Shown: positions 10,662 to 22,600 of the stretch, one piece after another
How the letters are laid out: every line of letters begins with the position of its first letter
How positions within the stretch are numbered: position 1 is the stretch's first letter
Source of the DNA: Euglena gracilis
Taxonomy: Eukaryota
DNA length: 64,000 bases
Assembly (NCBI GenBank): GCA_039621445.1
Contig: CP154954.1
Location: forward strand, 6,769,425 to 6,833,424
Direction of reading: 5' to 3'
Notes under the pieces: model-generated
The model's input: the letters and a program-made list of their open reading frames with translations, nothing else
Database searches by the model: none
Told to the model about the DNA's origin: nothing
Program-made: the position numbers and the translations under genes

Positions 10662-13600
10662 GAGCAGGGCTTCTTTTTAGGGGGGGGGGCTTCCAGGAGA
10701 GGAATTACCCACAGCCAACTTGTGGGTAATTTGAACCTCTCTCTGATGACATCCAATGATCAGTACCCCCGCCTGGATGGTGGGTTGAAACGCTCCATTT
10801 GACTTGGCCATTACCATCTTCACCTTGTAGCTTTCTACTTAAAAATGCCACAGGGTGTAATTCTTTTGCTGCGTTATGCTGGCTTAAAACACCATCTACA
10901 GCATAATCGCTGTTATCCACTTCTAGCACAAAGGTGATCGCCCAGACGCCCGAAAAAGAAAGACTCCTATTTTTTGGGGTTCACACAAAGGCCGCCTTTC
11001 TTGCCAGTTGGTGCGGAGTCTCAGCCACTTCATTGATTTGCCTATGTTTTTTCCCCCCATGCAACGAGCAAGGTTTTGCCCCAAGCGTGGGCCTAACGGC
11101 CCCTCCCGCAGCTGAGGTGGGGAGGGAGGACATTTCATCCTTGGCTGCACTCCTTCCAACGTGACCGCAGGGTGGGGGGTCTCGGTCAATGACCCAGGTA
11201 TTGATTTTGGAGCCCAGTGCCGAAAATATTTGCCCCCATGGCACCCTGGCTGGGTGGCTGGGTGGATGGGCGGACCCCCTGCCTTCTTGTAAGGAGCCTG
11301 CCTGGGGGGTGGGGGGGTTGAAGAAAGAGGCCCTGCTGCGGAGGTCGAGGCGTGGCTCGGCTCGTGCCTTGCCGGGCTGGTCTCGCACCTCGCCCTCTGC
11401 CTTGCCGAAACCGGGGCGGAGGTGGACGGGTTTGGAGAGCCGCCCAAGCCGCCCGGGCTGTTCTTCTAAGTGGCGGTGGCAGTTCCCCATCCCAAGGTCC
11501 AAAGACCACTGAATGACTGATGTGTAGTTATTTTGTTTAAACCTGGTGCCCCACAGGGGGGGGAAGGTGGCTGGCTACCCCTCCCCCAGGGATGAGGTTG
11601 GGCCAGGTTACCTCCTCGGAGGGGAGTGTTTCGCTTTTTTCTTTGGACCCAAAATTGACCCCCAACAGGGTTCCACCAAGCCCCCCCCCCCCCCATGTGG
11701 GGCCTCTAGGGGGTGGGTGGGTGAGCCGACCTCCCCTCCCCCCAGGGCCTAAGAAACCCCAGTCAGGGAACGATATTTTTTAGACTCTCCCCCTGCCTGG
11801 GAAGCTGTGGAAATCCCTGGTGAGAGCGTCTGATTCATTTTTTTTAAAAAAAAAGTGTGTTCATGTGAAGATTCCTACGTCGTGGGTGTTTTACACATGT
11901 CATTTGTCTCGGATCAAACACTTCGAAAATCAAGAGGCTGGGACCCCACCTCCATTGTTCAAATCCCGACAAATCCCGACAAATCCCGACAAATCCCGAC
12001 AAATCCCGAAAAATCCCGGACAAGCAAAAGACACCGGGTCAGCAAAAAGTTAACATTTTCAATGCTTGTGTAAGGTGTCAGAGAAGAATATTGTTGCGGA
12101 AACTGTGGTGTCGGCCTTTACTGGGCCCCTCCCGGGGGGGGGGGGGTAGCAGTTGCAGTAGTTACTCGGGAGGTCCACCTTCTTAAACGAAAGCCGATGG
12201 GGTCTCAACGACACCTTTTCAGTGTTCTCCGTTGTTTTTTTGGGGCAGGGTTAGGGTTACAGCTATCGTTCCAAAGGGGATCCGGGTTAGGGTTAGGCCA
12301 AAAGTTAGGGAGTTAGGCCGAAATCAGGCCGTAATTCCTGCCTAAATTGGCCTAATTTGGCTGCCCAATTGATCAAATTTAGGCCAAGAGGCCTAAATCC
12401 TAACCCTAACCCTAACCCAAACCCTAACCCTAACCCTATCCCTTTCAATAAACCCAAACCCGGAAGCCTGGGAACAATAGTAGGCCTTCCTTACTGCGCA
12501 TTTGTCTGGGACATCTCCGGCGGGGAGGGCAAAAACACAGGCGGATGGGGGGGTCTATCTTCTTAACCGTGGGAGGTCCGAACCCCCCCCCCTGTTTAAC
12601 TGCTGCCCCGCCCCAGTGGGAGGCCAGCAGGAAAGGCTGCAATTGTGGAAAACACAGCCATTTATACTAGCCTGTCATGTAAATTCCTTCAGGGGTCGGC
12701 ATGAATGGATCCGTATGTCCATTTTAAGGTCCCAAAAACATTCAGTCACAGTTTTATTTGTCTCTTTTTTCTGCACCCCTGCAAACACTGTCTGGGTCTC
12801 ATCAAAGAAGTCTTCTATTTGCGCATATTTTCAGAATTGGAAAATGTGCCAAATCCTGACCCCTCCCTTTATACCCACCCCTCATTTTCACCAACCTCCC
12901 TTCGGAAATAACCCAGCGGACAATCCAAGTTCCAACTGAGTCAGAGGCCGCATTGAAAAGGAAGGCAAAGCCTGAAGAACCCGGAGACTGACAAACAGGA
13001 GCTTTCAGGCTCCAGCCCTACCGTTGAAATCCCTGAAGCTGTGCCTGGGGGGTCCAAAGCAAAAAAACGAGGCGAAAACGGTAAGTTTGCAGACTAACCT
13101 AAGGCCATGGTGCAGTTTGTGGCTGTGGCGGTGCGGCCCCCCCGCAGGGCGGCCCGCCGGGGGACGGACCTCCCCGCGCAGCTGCGGCGGCTGGCCGCCG
13201 TGGTCCGCGCGGCGGAGGCGCGGCTGCGGCGGCTGGCGGCGGTGGCGGAGGCCCCGCCGGGGGGACCCCTGCGGCAGCACCGGCGCAAGGGGCCGCCCCA
13301 ACCCCTGCTGATGGGGCCACGGACAACTTTTTTTTTGCTGTGTCCGTTTCCACTCGGTACCTCCAAACAGGGCGTCGGGAGCACACCCAAGTGACGTCAC
13401 ATTTTCTTTTCGGCGTTGGCAAGGCTCCCTCGCCTCCGGCGGCGCTTTGGCTGCGCCAACCACGTTGCGGACGGAGTCGGCTTGCCACGTTGGCCATCCA
13501 GGGCTGCTGGGCTTTCCCAAACCACCGAGAGGAACGTACGGATGGGACGGCTGTGGTTGTTATTGCCAAACGCTGGTCTATTAAGCCCTCTCCCTACCTA

Positions 13601-16600
13601 CCCCCCCCCCCCGGGAAACTGTCATGCCCGAGAACCTGTCAGGGTCCCGCCCGGGAAACTGTCAGGGTCCCCGGTACCGGCCAACCTGTCAGTACAGGAA
13701 GTTGTCAGGATCCCCGGTGCCAGCCAACCTGTCAGGGTCATTTTTCATTGACTTTCCCTTGAAATGCCCTACCCGGGAAACTGTCAGGGTCCCGCCCGGG
13801 AAACTGTCAGGGTCCCCGGTACCGGCCAACCTGTCAGTATAGGAAGCTGTCAGGGTCCCCGGCACTGGCCAACCTGTCAGGTGACAGTTTCCTGGGGGGG
13901 GGTAGGTATCCCCCCCACAGGAAACTTCCTCTACCCTCTCTACCACTGCCAACTTGTACAGTTTTTTTTTTGCATTTTTTTTGCTCGGATATTTTTTTCG
14001 GCTTGAAAAAATTCCACATGTCATTATTATGTCATTTTTGACTTTTTGGTCAACAAATTCCATAATTTTGGAATCATGTTGTTCCAAAAATCTAGTCAAA
14101 ATACATCAAAGTACAGTTGTATGACGGAAACGTTTACCCGGAGAAGTTGAAAACTTTTCAAATTATTCTCCAACAGAAATCTGTACATCCCGAAGGAGCA
14201 CTTGAAGGAGTTTCCATGCATCGAGCATTTTTGTGATTTTTTTTCTGTCTCATTTTCCGAGGGTCTGTGCTGTGCTGCCCCCCTTCCCTGTTAAGAAGTG
14301 GAACACCGACCGCTGGCATTTTTTCCCCTCCCAAAATAAACGCAACGTTTGCACCCGAAATACAATGATCAGTTCGGCCTCTCAGCTTGTGAATTCATCC
14401 CAAGTTGAGTTCCCAGTGCGGCTGGAAATAACAAACGACCGACGTTGGCAAAGGAATGTGTGCACTGCAGGAGAATTTCCACCCAATCGGATTTCGATTG
14501 TGGATGTTTAGATCAAAATCCAACACTAATCGCAATTCCGAAAACGGAATTATCCCCCAATGATACACTTGGTTGTAGCCCGCAATGCGCGGAGATACAC
14601 CGAGTACTCCAACGCGGATTAGCCTCGTTGTTTGGAAACGCGAAAAGCGTCATTCCTAATCACAATCGCAATTACACTTGGTACGGATTTGATGCGGAAT
14701 GGGGAAAACCCCAACCTGTCCAAACTCCCTTGGGATTAACCCTTGAGGTGGTGGAAGACAGCCCGCATGTTTGTGGATCCATTCATTGTGTTTCTTCACT
14801 CCAACCCGGAAATCGGGTGCATGAATACGCGAACGCGTATGGAATGCTTTCAATTTTGGTCAATGTCGCATTTTGGAACGATGGTTTTCCAAAATCGCGT
14901 CATTGGCTGATTCCTTTGATTTGGCATTGGAAATCGATGTCTTTTCATCGAAAGCGCATGCCCGTTTGCCACGTCATTGGTCACACCACTCCAACGCATT
15001 TGATAAATTTTGGGGTGATACGGTGTTATGGGCACAACTGTGGCATGATTATTTTTTCCACGTTTTTTTATCCGTCGGTTTTTGACGCCAAGTTGGATTT
15101 GGAATGCCTTTCTGGAATTATGTGCTGACATTTTTATCTCTTGAGGCATTGCAGCTTGGGCAATTTCCATAGACCCCTGTCCCCACGATCAGCATCCTGA
15201 TCCACAGCCCAGCACCGCGGGCAGGCCAGACGATGCCCATCCTGTTGCATATTGGGTGCGGGGGGGGGGGGCGGGCTGTCCAAAACCTCATGTGTGTAAG
15301 TGGCGAGTGTGGGATGGGGGGTCCGACGACCATATTCCCATTTATACAGGTCGCTTTTTCAAACCAGATTTTTTCCTTCAGATTGCCATTTTGTGTGTGG
15401 GGGGGGGGGGGCTTCTCCTCATTCAGCCCTGGGTATCAAATGGTTTAGGGCCTCAGAAGGTGTGGATGTGTTGAATACCCGAGAAATTAGAGATGATTGG
15501 ATGTTGGAATGGACGATGCCGCCAGTTTGGAATGGGTCAACTACCTCCATGTTTTCAGTAGTGGTTTCCAATCACATTCCATCGCCCCGGCCTGAAATCA
15601 ACAGTGCAGAACATCCCCCTGCCAGACACCCCGCTCTCCCGGCCAGTCTGTGACTGGAGAGTCTCCCCTCCACTTGGGTTTCATGGCCTGTCATTTCTTC
15701 TGCACACCATGTGTCGCCCCCATATAGCGAGGTGAGCACCACCTGGCATGTGGTTCACATCATACCATTGCCTGTGTGTGTCCGACCCCCCAAACTAATT
15801 TGTTTTTCTGGCTCTGTCCCAACCGCAAAACAATTTTTTGTTGTTTTCCACCTTCATTGATTCATTTAACACCTTTGGGGTATGCCGCATGTCAGATGTT
15901 GGCCTTACCGAAGGCCGAGCCAGGAATTTTTTTCAAGGGGTTTCGGCCGATTTTGGCTGGATTCTGGGTGGGTGGGTGTTTGGTGGGTGTGGTTGACCCG
16001 GGGGGTGGGGTATTTCAAAAACTTGGCTGGGTTGGTATGGGCCCGGGAAAAGTGCCCCCCAGGGGGTTCCTTTTTTTGGCAGGGGTCGCACTGTCGCAAA
16101 GTGAATCCATGCTTTGGACTACCTACCCCCCCCCCCCGCGGGAAACTGTCATGCCCGAGAAACTGTCAGGGTCCCCGGTACCGGCCAACCTGTTAGTATA
16201 GGCAGTTGTCAGGGTCCCCGGTATTTTTCATTGACTTTCCCTTGAAATGCCCTACCCGGGAAACTGTCAGGGTCCCGCCCGGGAAACTGTCAGGGTCCCC
16301 GGTACCGGCCAACCTGTCAGTATAGGCAGTTGTCAGGGTCCCCGGTATTTTCCATTGACTTTCCCTTGAAATGCCCTACCCGGGAAACTGTCAGGGTCCC
16401 GCCCGGGAAACTGTCAGGGTCCCCGGTACCGGCCAACCTGTCAGTATAGGCAGTTGTCAGGGTCCCCGGTATTTTTCATTGACTTTCCCTTGAAATGCCC
16501 TACCCGGGAAACTGTCAGGGTCCCGCCCCGGAAACTGTCAGGGTCCCCGGTACCGGCCAACCTGTTAGTATAGGCAGTTGTCAGGGTCCCCAGTATTTTT

Positions 16601-19600
16601 CATTGACTTTCCCTTGAAATGCCCTACCCGGGAAACTGTCAGGGTCCCGCCCGGGAAACTGTCAGGGTCCCCGGTACCGGCCAACCTGTCAGTATAGGCA
16701 GTTGTCAGGGTCCCCGGTATTTTTCATTGACTTTCCCTTGAAATGCCCTACCCGAGAACCTGTCAGGGTCCCGCCCCGGAAACCGTCAGGGTCCCCGGTA
16801 CCGGCCAACCTGTTAGTATAGGCAGTTGTCAGGGTCCCCGGTATTTCCCATTGACTTTCCCTTGAAATGCCCTACCCGGGAAACTGTCAGGGTCCCGCCC
16901 GGGAAACTGTCAGGGTCCTCGGTACCGGCCAACCTGTCAGGTGACAGTTTCCCGGGGGGGGGGTAGGTACGCACCCCCGTTTTCCTTGTTTCGCCTGGCG
17001 GGACGGCCTTCCTTCATGATGGGGGTTGGTGGGAGGGAGTTTGGAACCCTGGGGAAGGGGGGGCGTTCAGATGGGTGCGCCGTCCGGTGGGTCGGGGGCT
17101 GCCGGCCTCCCCGGCGGTCGCACGCGCCGCCGCTGACGCCGCTGGGCGGGGCCGCCGCGCCGCCCCCCTTCCCCGGCCGGTGCGGTGCGGCGCGTCCCGG
17201 TTGGCGGCGTGCCGGGCGAGGGACCACACCAATAATGCGCGGGCCCCATGCTTGCCACCTGTTTGACCAACTCCTGCTTCCCAATTCTAAATAGGGAGAT
17301 AAGGTAAGCCCCCCCCCCCTTCCATGCCGCCGGGGACACTGTCACCAGACACGTTGGCCAGCACCGCGAGCACAGACAGCTTCCCGTGGCCTGATAGTCT
17401 CAAATTGGTTAGCGAGCTTGGGAAGGGGGGCGTCCTTGATGGGGGAGAAAACCGACTGGAGGGGAAGCCATTTTGGTTGTTGAGGCAGGTGTTTGGGGGG
17501 GGGTCCTGACCCCCCCCTCCGGGTAAGGTGGTACCACTGGTGGGGCGGTCCGAAACCCCTCTAGACGTTGGCAGAGGCCTGAGAGGGAGTCCGGACACCT
17601 CCCCCTTGGCAGGCTCCAAATTCACTGAGAAGTATTTGGGGAATCTGCATGCTGGGAAGTTCAAAATGTTTTTTTTCCTTCCTTTTGGTCACAATGCACA
17701 GTTTTTCATGTTTCGGTGTTTTCCACATTAATTTAAAATCAACAAAATCGAAACAATTTTTGTATTTATTTTCAAAAAAAACAGTATTTCCACATTTTTT
17801 TGGCTTGGCATCAGGCCATATGAAGATTTTCTAGGTCCCTGACGGGTTTGACACCCCACCCCCACTTTTGGGGATTCCCATACATCCCTGAACACCCAGA
17901 ATCCTAAGTAGAATGGTGTTCTGGTACCCCCCCCCAGGAAACTGTCATGCCCGAGAACCTGTCAGGGTCCCGTCTGGGAAACTGTCAGGGTCCCCGGTAC
18001 CAGCCAACCTGTCAGTATAGGAAGCTGTCAGGGTCCCCGGTACCAGCCAACCTGTCAGTATAGGCAGTTGTCAGGGTCCCCAGTACCGGCCAACCTGTCA
18101 GGGTCATTTTTCATTGACTTTCCCTTGAAATGCCCTACCCGGGAAACTGTCAGGGTCCCCGGTACTGGCCAACCTGTCAGTATAGGAAGCTGTCAGGGTC
18201 CCCGGTACTGGCCAACCTGTCAGGTGACAGTTTCCTGGGGGGGGGGGGGGCAGGTAAGGAGTAGCCTGGTGCAAGGGCTGCAGGGTTTTTTTTTCAGCCT
18301 TGGACCCCTGGGGGGGGGCCAGCCGGGCCCCCCCCCCCCCCCCGGGTCTACTCTACTTAGTGGGATCAACTTTTTCGGCTCCAAAGGCGCCGAAAAAGTT
18401 TTTTGAAAAGGTGCTAATTTTTTACATTTTCGCGATTTTTGGCCTTTTTTGGGGAAAAGTGGGTTGGGTCCCCCGGGACCCTCCCTCCCGCAGGGGGCCC
18501 CCCAGGGGGTGGGTGGGGGGGACCCCCCTCCCCCCGGTCTTAAAAATATACCCTGAAGGGCTGCCACAATTATCGATCATTTTTCTTATATCGCGTACCC
18601 AGCAAAATGGTTCTCCAAAGATGAGCAAGTAAAAAATGATTTCCAAAACTTCAGTGTATCTGCCTACTCTAACAAGGCTGTGGCAAAGAGGCTTTTTTTC
18701 TGCATCTCTGTGCGCGTGTGTGTGCGCGCGTGCGCCCGCACACGTGTGCGTCTGCGAGCATGTGTCTTTCTGTAACTGTGTATGCGTCGTTTCCTCACCG
18801 CACCCTGCTCAGCTTTGCCGAGGTTACCTGCCCGGACAACCCACAGGCAGGCGGGCAATCGCTGGATGCCATCGCTGAGCACAGGCTTCCGTTTCATTTG
18901 CTTTTTTCCACCATTGTTGGTATTGGTTTTTTCCCTGCAAGTCTATCGCTTCGCTGCTCCGATGGTTCAACATCGAGATTTCCTCAAGCCGGACGGTATC
19001 ATGCCACTCCTGGGGACCCTCGACTCACCCAACAGTGTTCGGGAACACCTGTTGGGCGTCCACTCCGCCCTCCAGATTTCCATTTGTGCTTTTTTCCATT
19101 GCGGCACCGACGGAAGCGTAACTGGGGCACGGTGCGACGGTCTCGCCAAGCCCCTGGAGCTGACCAACGGCTCAGACTTGGTTCCCGGCTCAGTCCCACG
19201 CCCGCCGTGCACCGGCAAGGTTGCCGGGGAGACGGCGGGGGCCACACAAACGAGCGGCCTGTGGGGGCCGCGGAGTTTTTGTGCCTGCAGGGCCGTGGGG
19301 TCTTTAGAAGCTGATTTGATACATGGAAAAAACCAGCCTTCGCATGGAGGAGGTAACTGGTGGTCGAAATCCTCAGAGGCGTTGGGCACAACTGTTTGAA
19401 AGTATCCCTAGGCTCTGTTTACCTGGCATTTCATGTGATACAGTGCCGGTGTAAAAAATGTATTGATGTATATTAATGCATATAACATATTATGTACTTA
19501 TTCCAAAGGCATCATGTCAGAACCATCCATCATCATCAACGTCCTCCTCCTTATCAGCACAGCCATCCTCAACATCACTGCTGCTCCACTCTTATTAGCA

Positions 19601-22600
19601 TGCTAGTGGTAGCGCAGTGTCAACGTCTTTGTCGTTGTTGTGATTGTTCGTTGCTTTACTGCAAGGATGCATTTTTGGGCCAAAGCCAAAGGATTTCCTT
19701 GTATTTTTTTCTAACGCTATTTTTGTACGAAACATGTGGGAAACATCTCTATACACAACCCAGGTTTTTTTTTCCAGGGAGGTTGCACCACCCATCCGCA
19801 GGGTTTGATATAAGGAGGGCGTACATGGTTTAGGTGGGGGGGTGTCCCCCCCCACCCCCCCACCTGGGGGGGTCCGGACCACTCCCCCCCACCTGCCAGG
19901 GGGATCCGGACCGACCTTGGGGGGGGTATCCGGGACCCCCCCCAAAAGGGTCAATTTTTTCCTCCGGCGCTTTGCGCCGAAAATTTTTTGCATTTTTGGC
20001 ACATTCTTGCCCAAAAAAAATGCCCAAAATGGCACTTTTGGTCGTTTTGGGGGGGGGGTCAAAAATTTTCGGTCACCCAGACCGCGCCACTGTTTAGGTG
20101 GGGGGGGTGTCCCCCCCCCCCCCCCCCCCCCGTCCTGGCCCGCAAGGGGGGGGGTCCGGACCCCCCACCTGTCCTTATATCGAACCCTGCCCATCCGACG
20201 CTTCCAACCCTTATATAATTTGCTCCTTGCGAGTCAGTTGCGGAGAGCTGCCTCCACAGTCGCCGAACCGGCCGTGCAAAGTCCCAACCATTCCTTGTCG
20301 GTCGTCGGGGCAGAGAGGAAGGTTCCGACTAGGATGGGATTCGCGGTGATGTCCCTAATGTGATCGAGCTTTTGGGGATGGACACCCATCGTTCATCCGG
20401 GATCCGTTAAAAGAAACATTTGTGCCGCAGTTTCAAGATTAAATGCCCAACGATGTCAACAATGAAGACAAATCAGAAGGTTTTGATTGCACCCTTTTTC
20501 TTTGTGCTGAAAGGCATCACAATTTGTGGGGGTTTCAGGATTTCATACAAACCAAGAACACCAGTGTGCAGACCAGGGTGCTGTTTCATCGTTCTCGATC
20601 TAAAGGAACAACTTCGGAATAAGTATGAGTTTACTTAAACTAATTTTACTTAATAATTATTAAAACTAATTTTTTTTCTAGTTTTAATTTAATCTTTATT
20701 ATTTTTTTCCACGTTGCAATTCCAATCAATTGCAATTATTTTTTCACAAAAAAAATGAATAATTTTCCACAATTTCATTTTGTAATATAGTTTACATGTT
20801 TCCGTAGTTTGGTGTTGTATGGAAACAGCTTCATTTTTTGGGGGGAAAAAACGGTCACCTGCTTCCTGTATATTTTTTTTGCAACGACAACACAGTGGCG
20901 CTCACATCCTGGGACCGGCGACGGGCTCTCTGTCGCGCCGCCGCCCTGGGGCCCTGCGGCCCGGCCCAAACTTTCCCTCCAATCGAATCGTTTCGCCCCC
21001 AGACCCACATCCTTTTTCAGACAACGGGGCACGAGAGTTGGGCGGCCCTCATCCCTGGTCCCTGGGCTGGGGGTGGGCGGGGTGGGTTTGGCCCCCTCCC
21101 CGCGGAGCAGTGCTCTGGGATGCAGGGCGCAGGAAGAAAGGGGAAGAAACAGTTTTTTTGGTAACATTTTCAAAGGTATTTTGAGTTGTTCCTTTTTCAT
21201 TTTTCCACGACTTTGAATGGCTTTTTTTCTGCGACCTGAAAAATGGACCCTCATGTATTCTAACCCTTTGAACGTGCTCAATCGTTCATTACCACTCCTC
21301 AGCAGGGGCTTTCCAAATGTTAGGTGTTAGTAACGCAAACCAGTTTAAATTTTTTAAACAGCTATTGCCGGATTGTTATCCGGTTTCAGGCCTAGCTCCA
21401 GCCCATGGGACCGCTATGGGGATGGGAGGGGGGGGTCAGCCAGCGGCTTTTTCCCAGACACCCAGCCACTGAGCCTGGGGGGTGGGTGGCAGGGGTCTTT
21501 AAGTGACGTCCCAGTGGACCTTTTTTGTTTTCTTACGGAGTTCTTGCCCACCCTCCGACCATCCAGCACCATCAGGGGCTGAATTCCCAGGGTTGTTGGG
21601 TTGCGGTGAATGCCGGGGGACACAACGCGATGCATGTCCGTGGACGGATCAGGGGGAAGTCTGCCTCCGCCCCTTCCCGGCCGACGCTCTTGACGGTTGT
21701 TGTACCGCATGGATTGTACGGATGTGGTCCGTTTTCAAGCGGTGGTTCGGTTTTGAATGGCTGGATGGGCTGGTTTGACTGGCACTGTGGCTGTATTATG
21801 TGTACCCCATGGTTATGATGATTACCATAACCAGGTGCATGAGAAGCTGTCAGAATCCTTGTTCCGCCAGCAAAAGAACTGATTGTGAGGCTTTTTTCGA
21901 CGCATTTTTCTGTTTGTGTGCAGATTGGGTTTCAAAAAAGAGGAAGAAGGAATCGAGTTTTAGAGTGACTGACTGGTTTTGGCCCAGACCCTCTCCCGGG
22001 GGGGGGGGGGTTCAGCAAAATGAGCCAGTGCCGAACGCGCCAGAAATTCCATTGGATTCCAGAGTGGCCAACCCCGGGTGGGAGGGGTAGTGACTGACTG
22101 GTTTTCCCCCCCAAAAAAAGAAGTGAGTGACTTGCTTTTGGAAGAGTGGAGCTTCTGGCGCTTTGCGCCGAAAATTTTGGGCAATTTTGACAAATTTTTG
22201 TCCAAAAAGGGTCAAAAATGGCATTTTGGCCAAATTTTTGGCCAATTTTGGGGCAAACTTTTTCGTCCCGCCGCTTCGCGCCGGGACCAAAAATTTGGTC
22301 AAACCTCCGAAAAGGTGTCCTCTGACCGGGGGGGGGGGTGGTCATTGGACATAGGGGGGTCGTTGGACATAGGGAGGTCGTTGGACATAGGGGGGGGGGT
22401 AATTTGAGAAATGATTATTTTGGCAGAAAGTCCCAACGCTTTTGATGTAAAAGCCCGAGATGCTCAGCTAAGCTCAGCAAAGCTCAGAACCTATCACCAG
22501 GACAGATGATCGAACCACTCCAGCCTTCCAGTCCCCAGGGTTCCCCTCATACATTTTTGGGTGGGTAGGGACTCGGGTACCCACCAACTTTCTTTTGACC

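Noticed and set aside
12399-12438. True chromosome end
   Set aside because: Short, degenerate and located inside an intron of gene B.
14430-15170. Possible degenerate retroelement coding relic on the minus strand (PYHP-containing ORF)
   Set aside because: No catalytic motif could be recognised by eye; a tBLASTx/HMM search would be needed.
16158-16940. Regular repeats that could be taken for a CRISPR array
   Set aside because: Whole 124-bp units repeat with no unique spacers, they sit inside a MITE, the context is eukaryotic and no cas genes are present.
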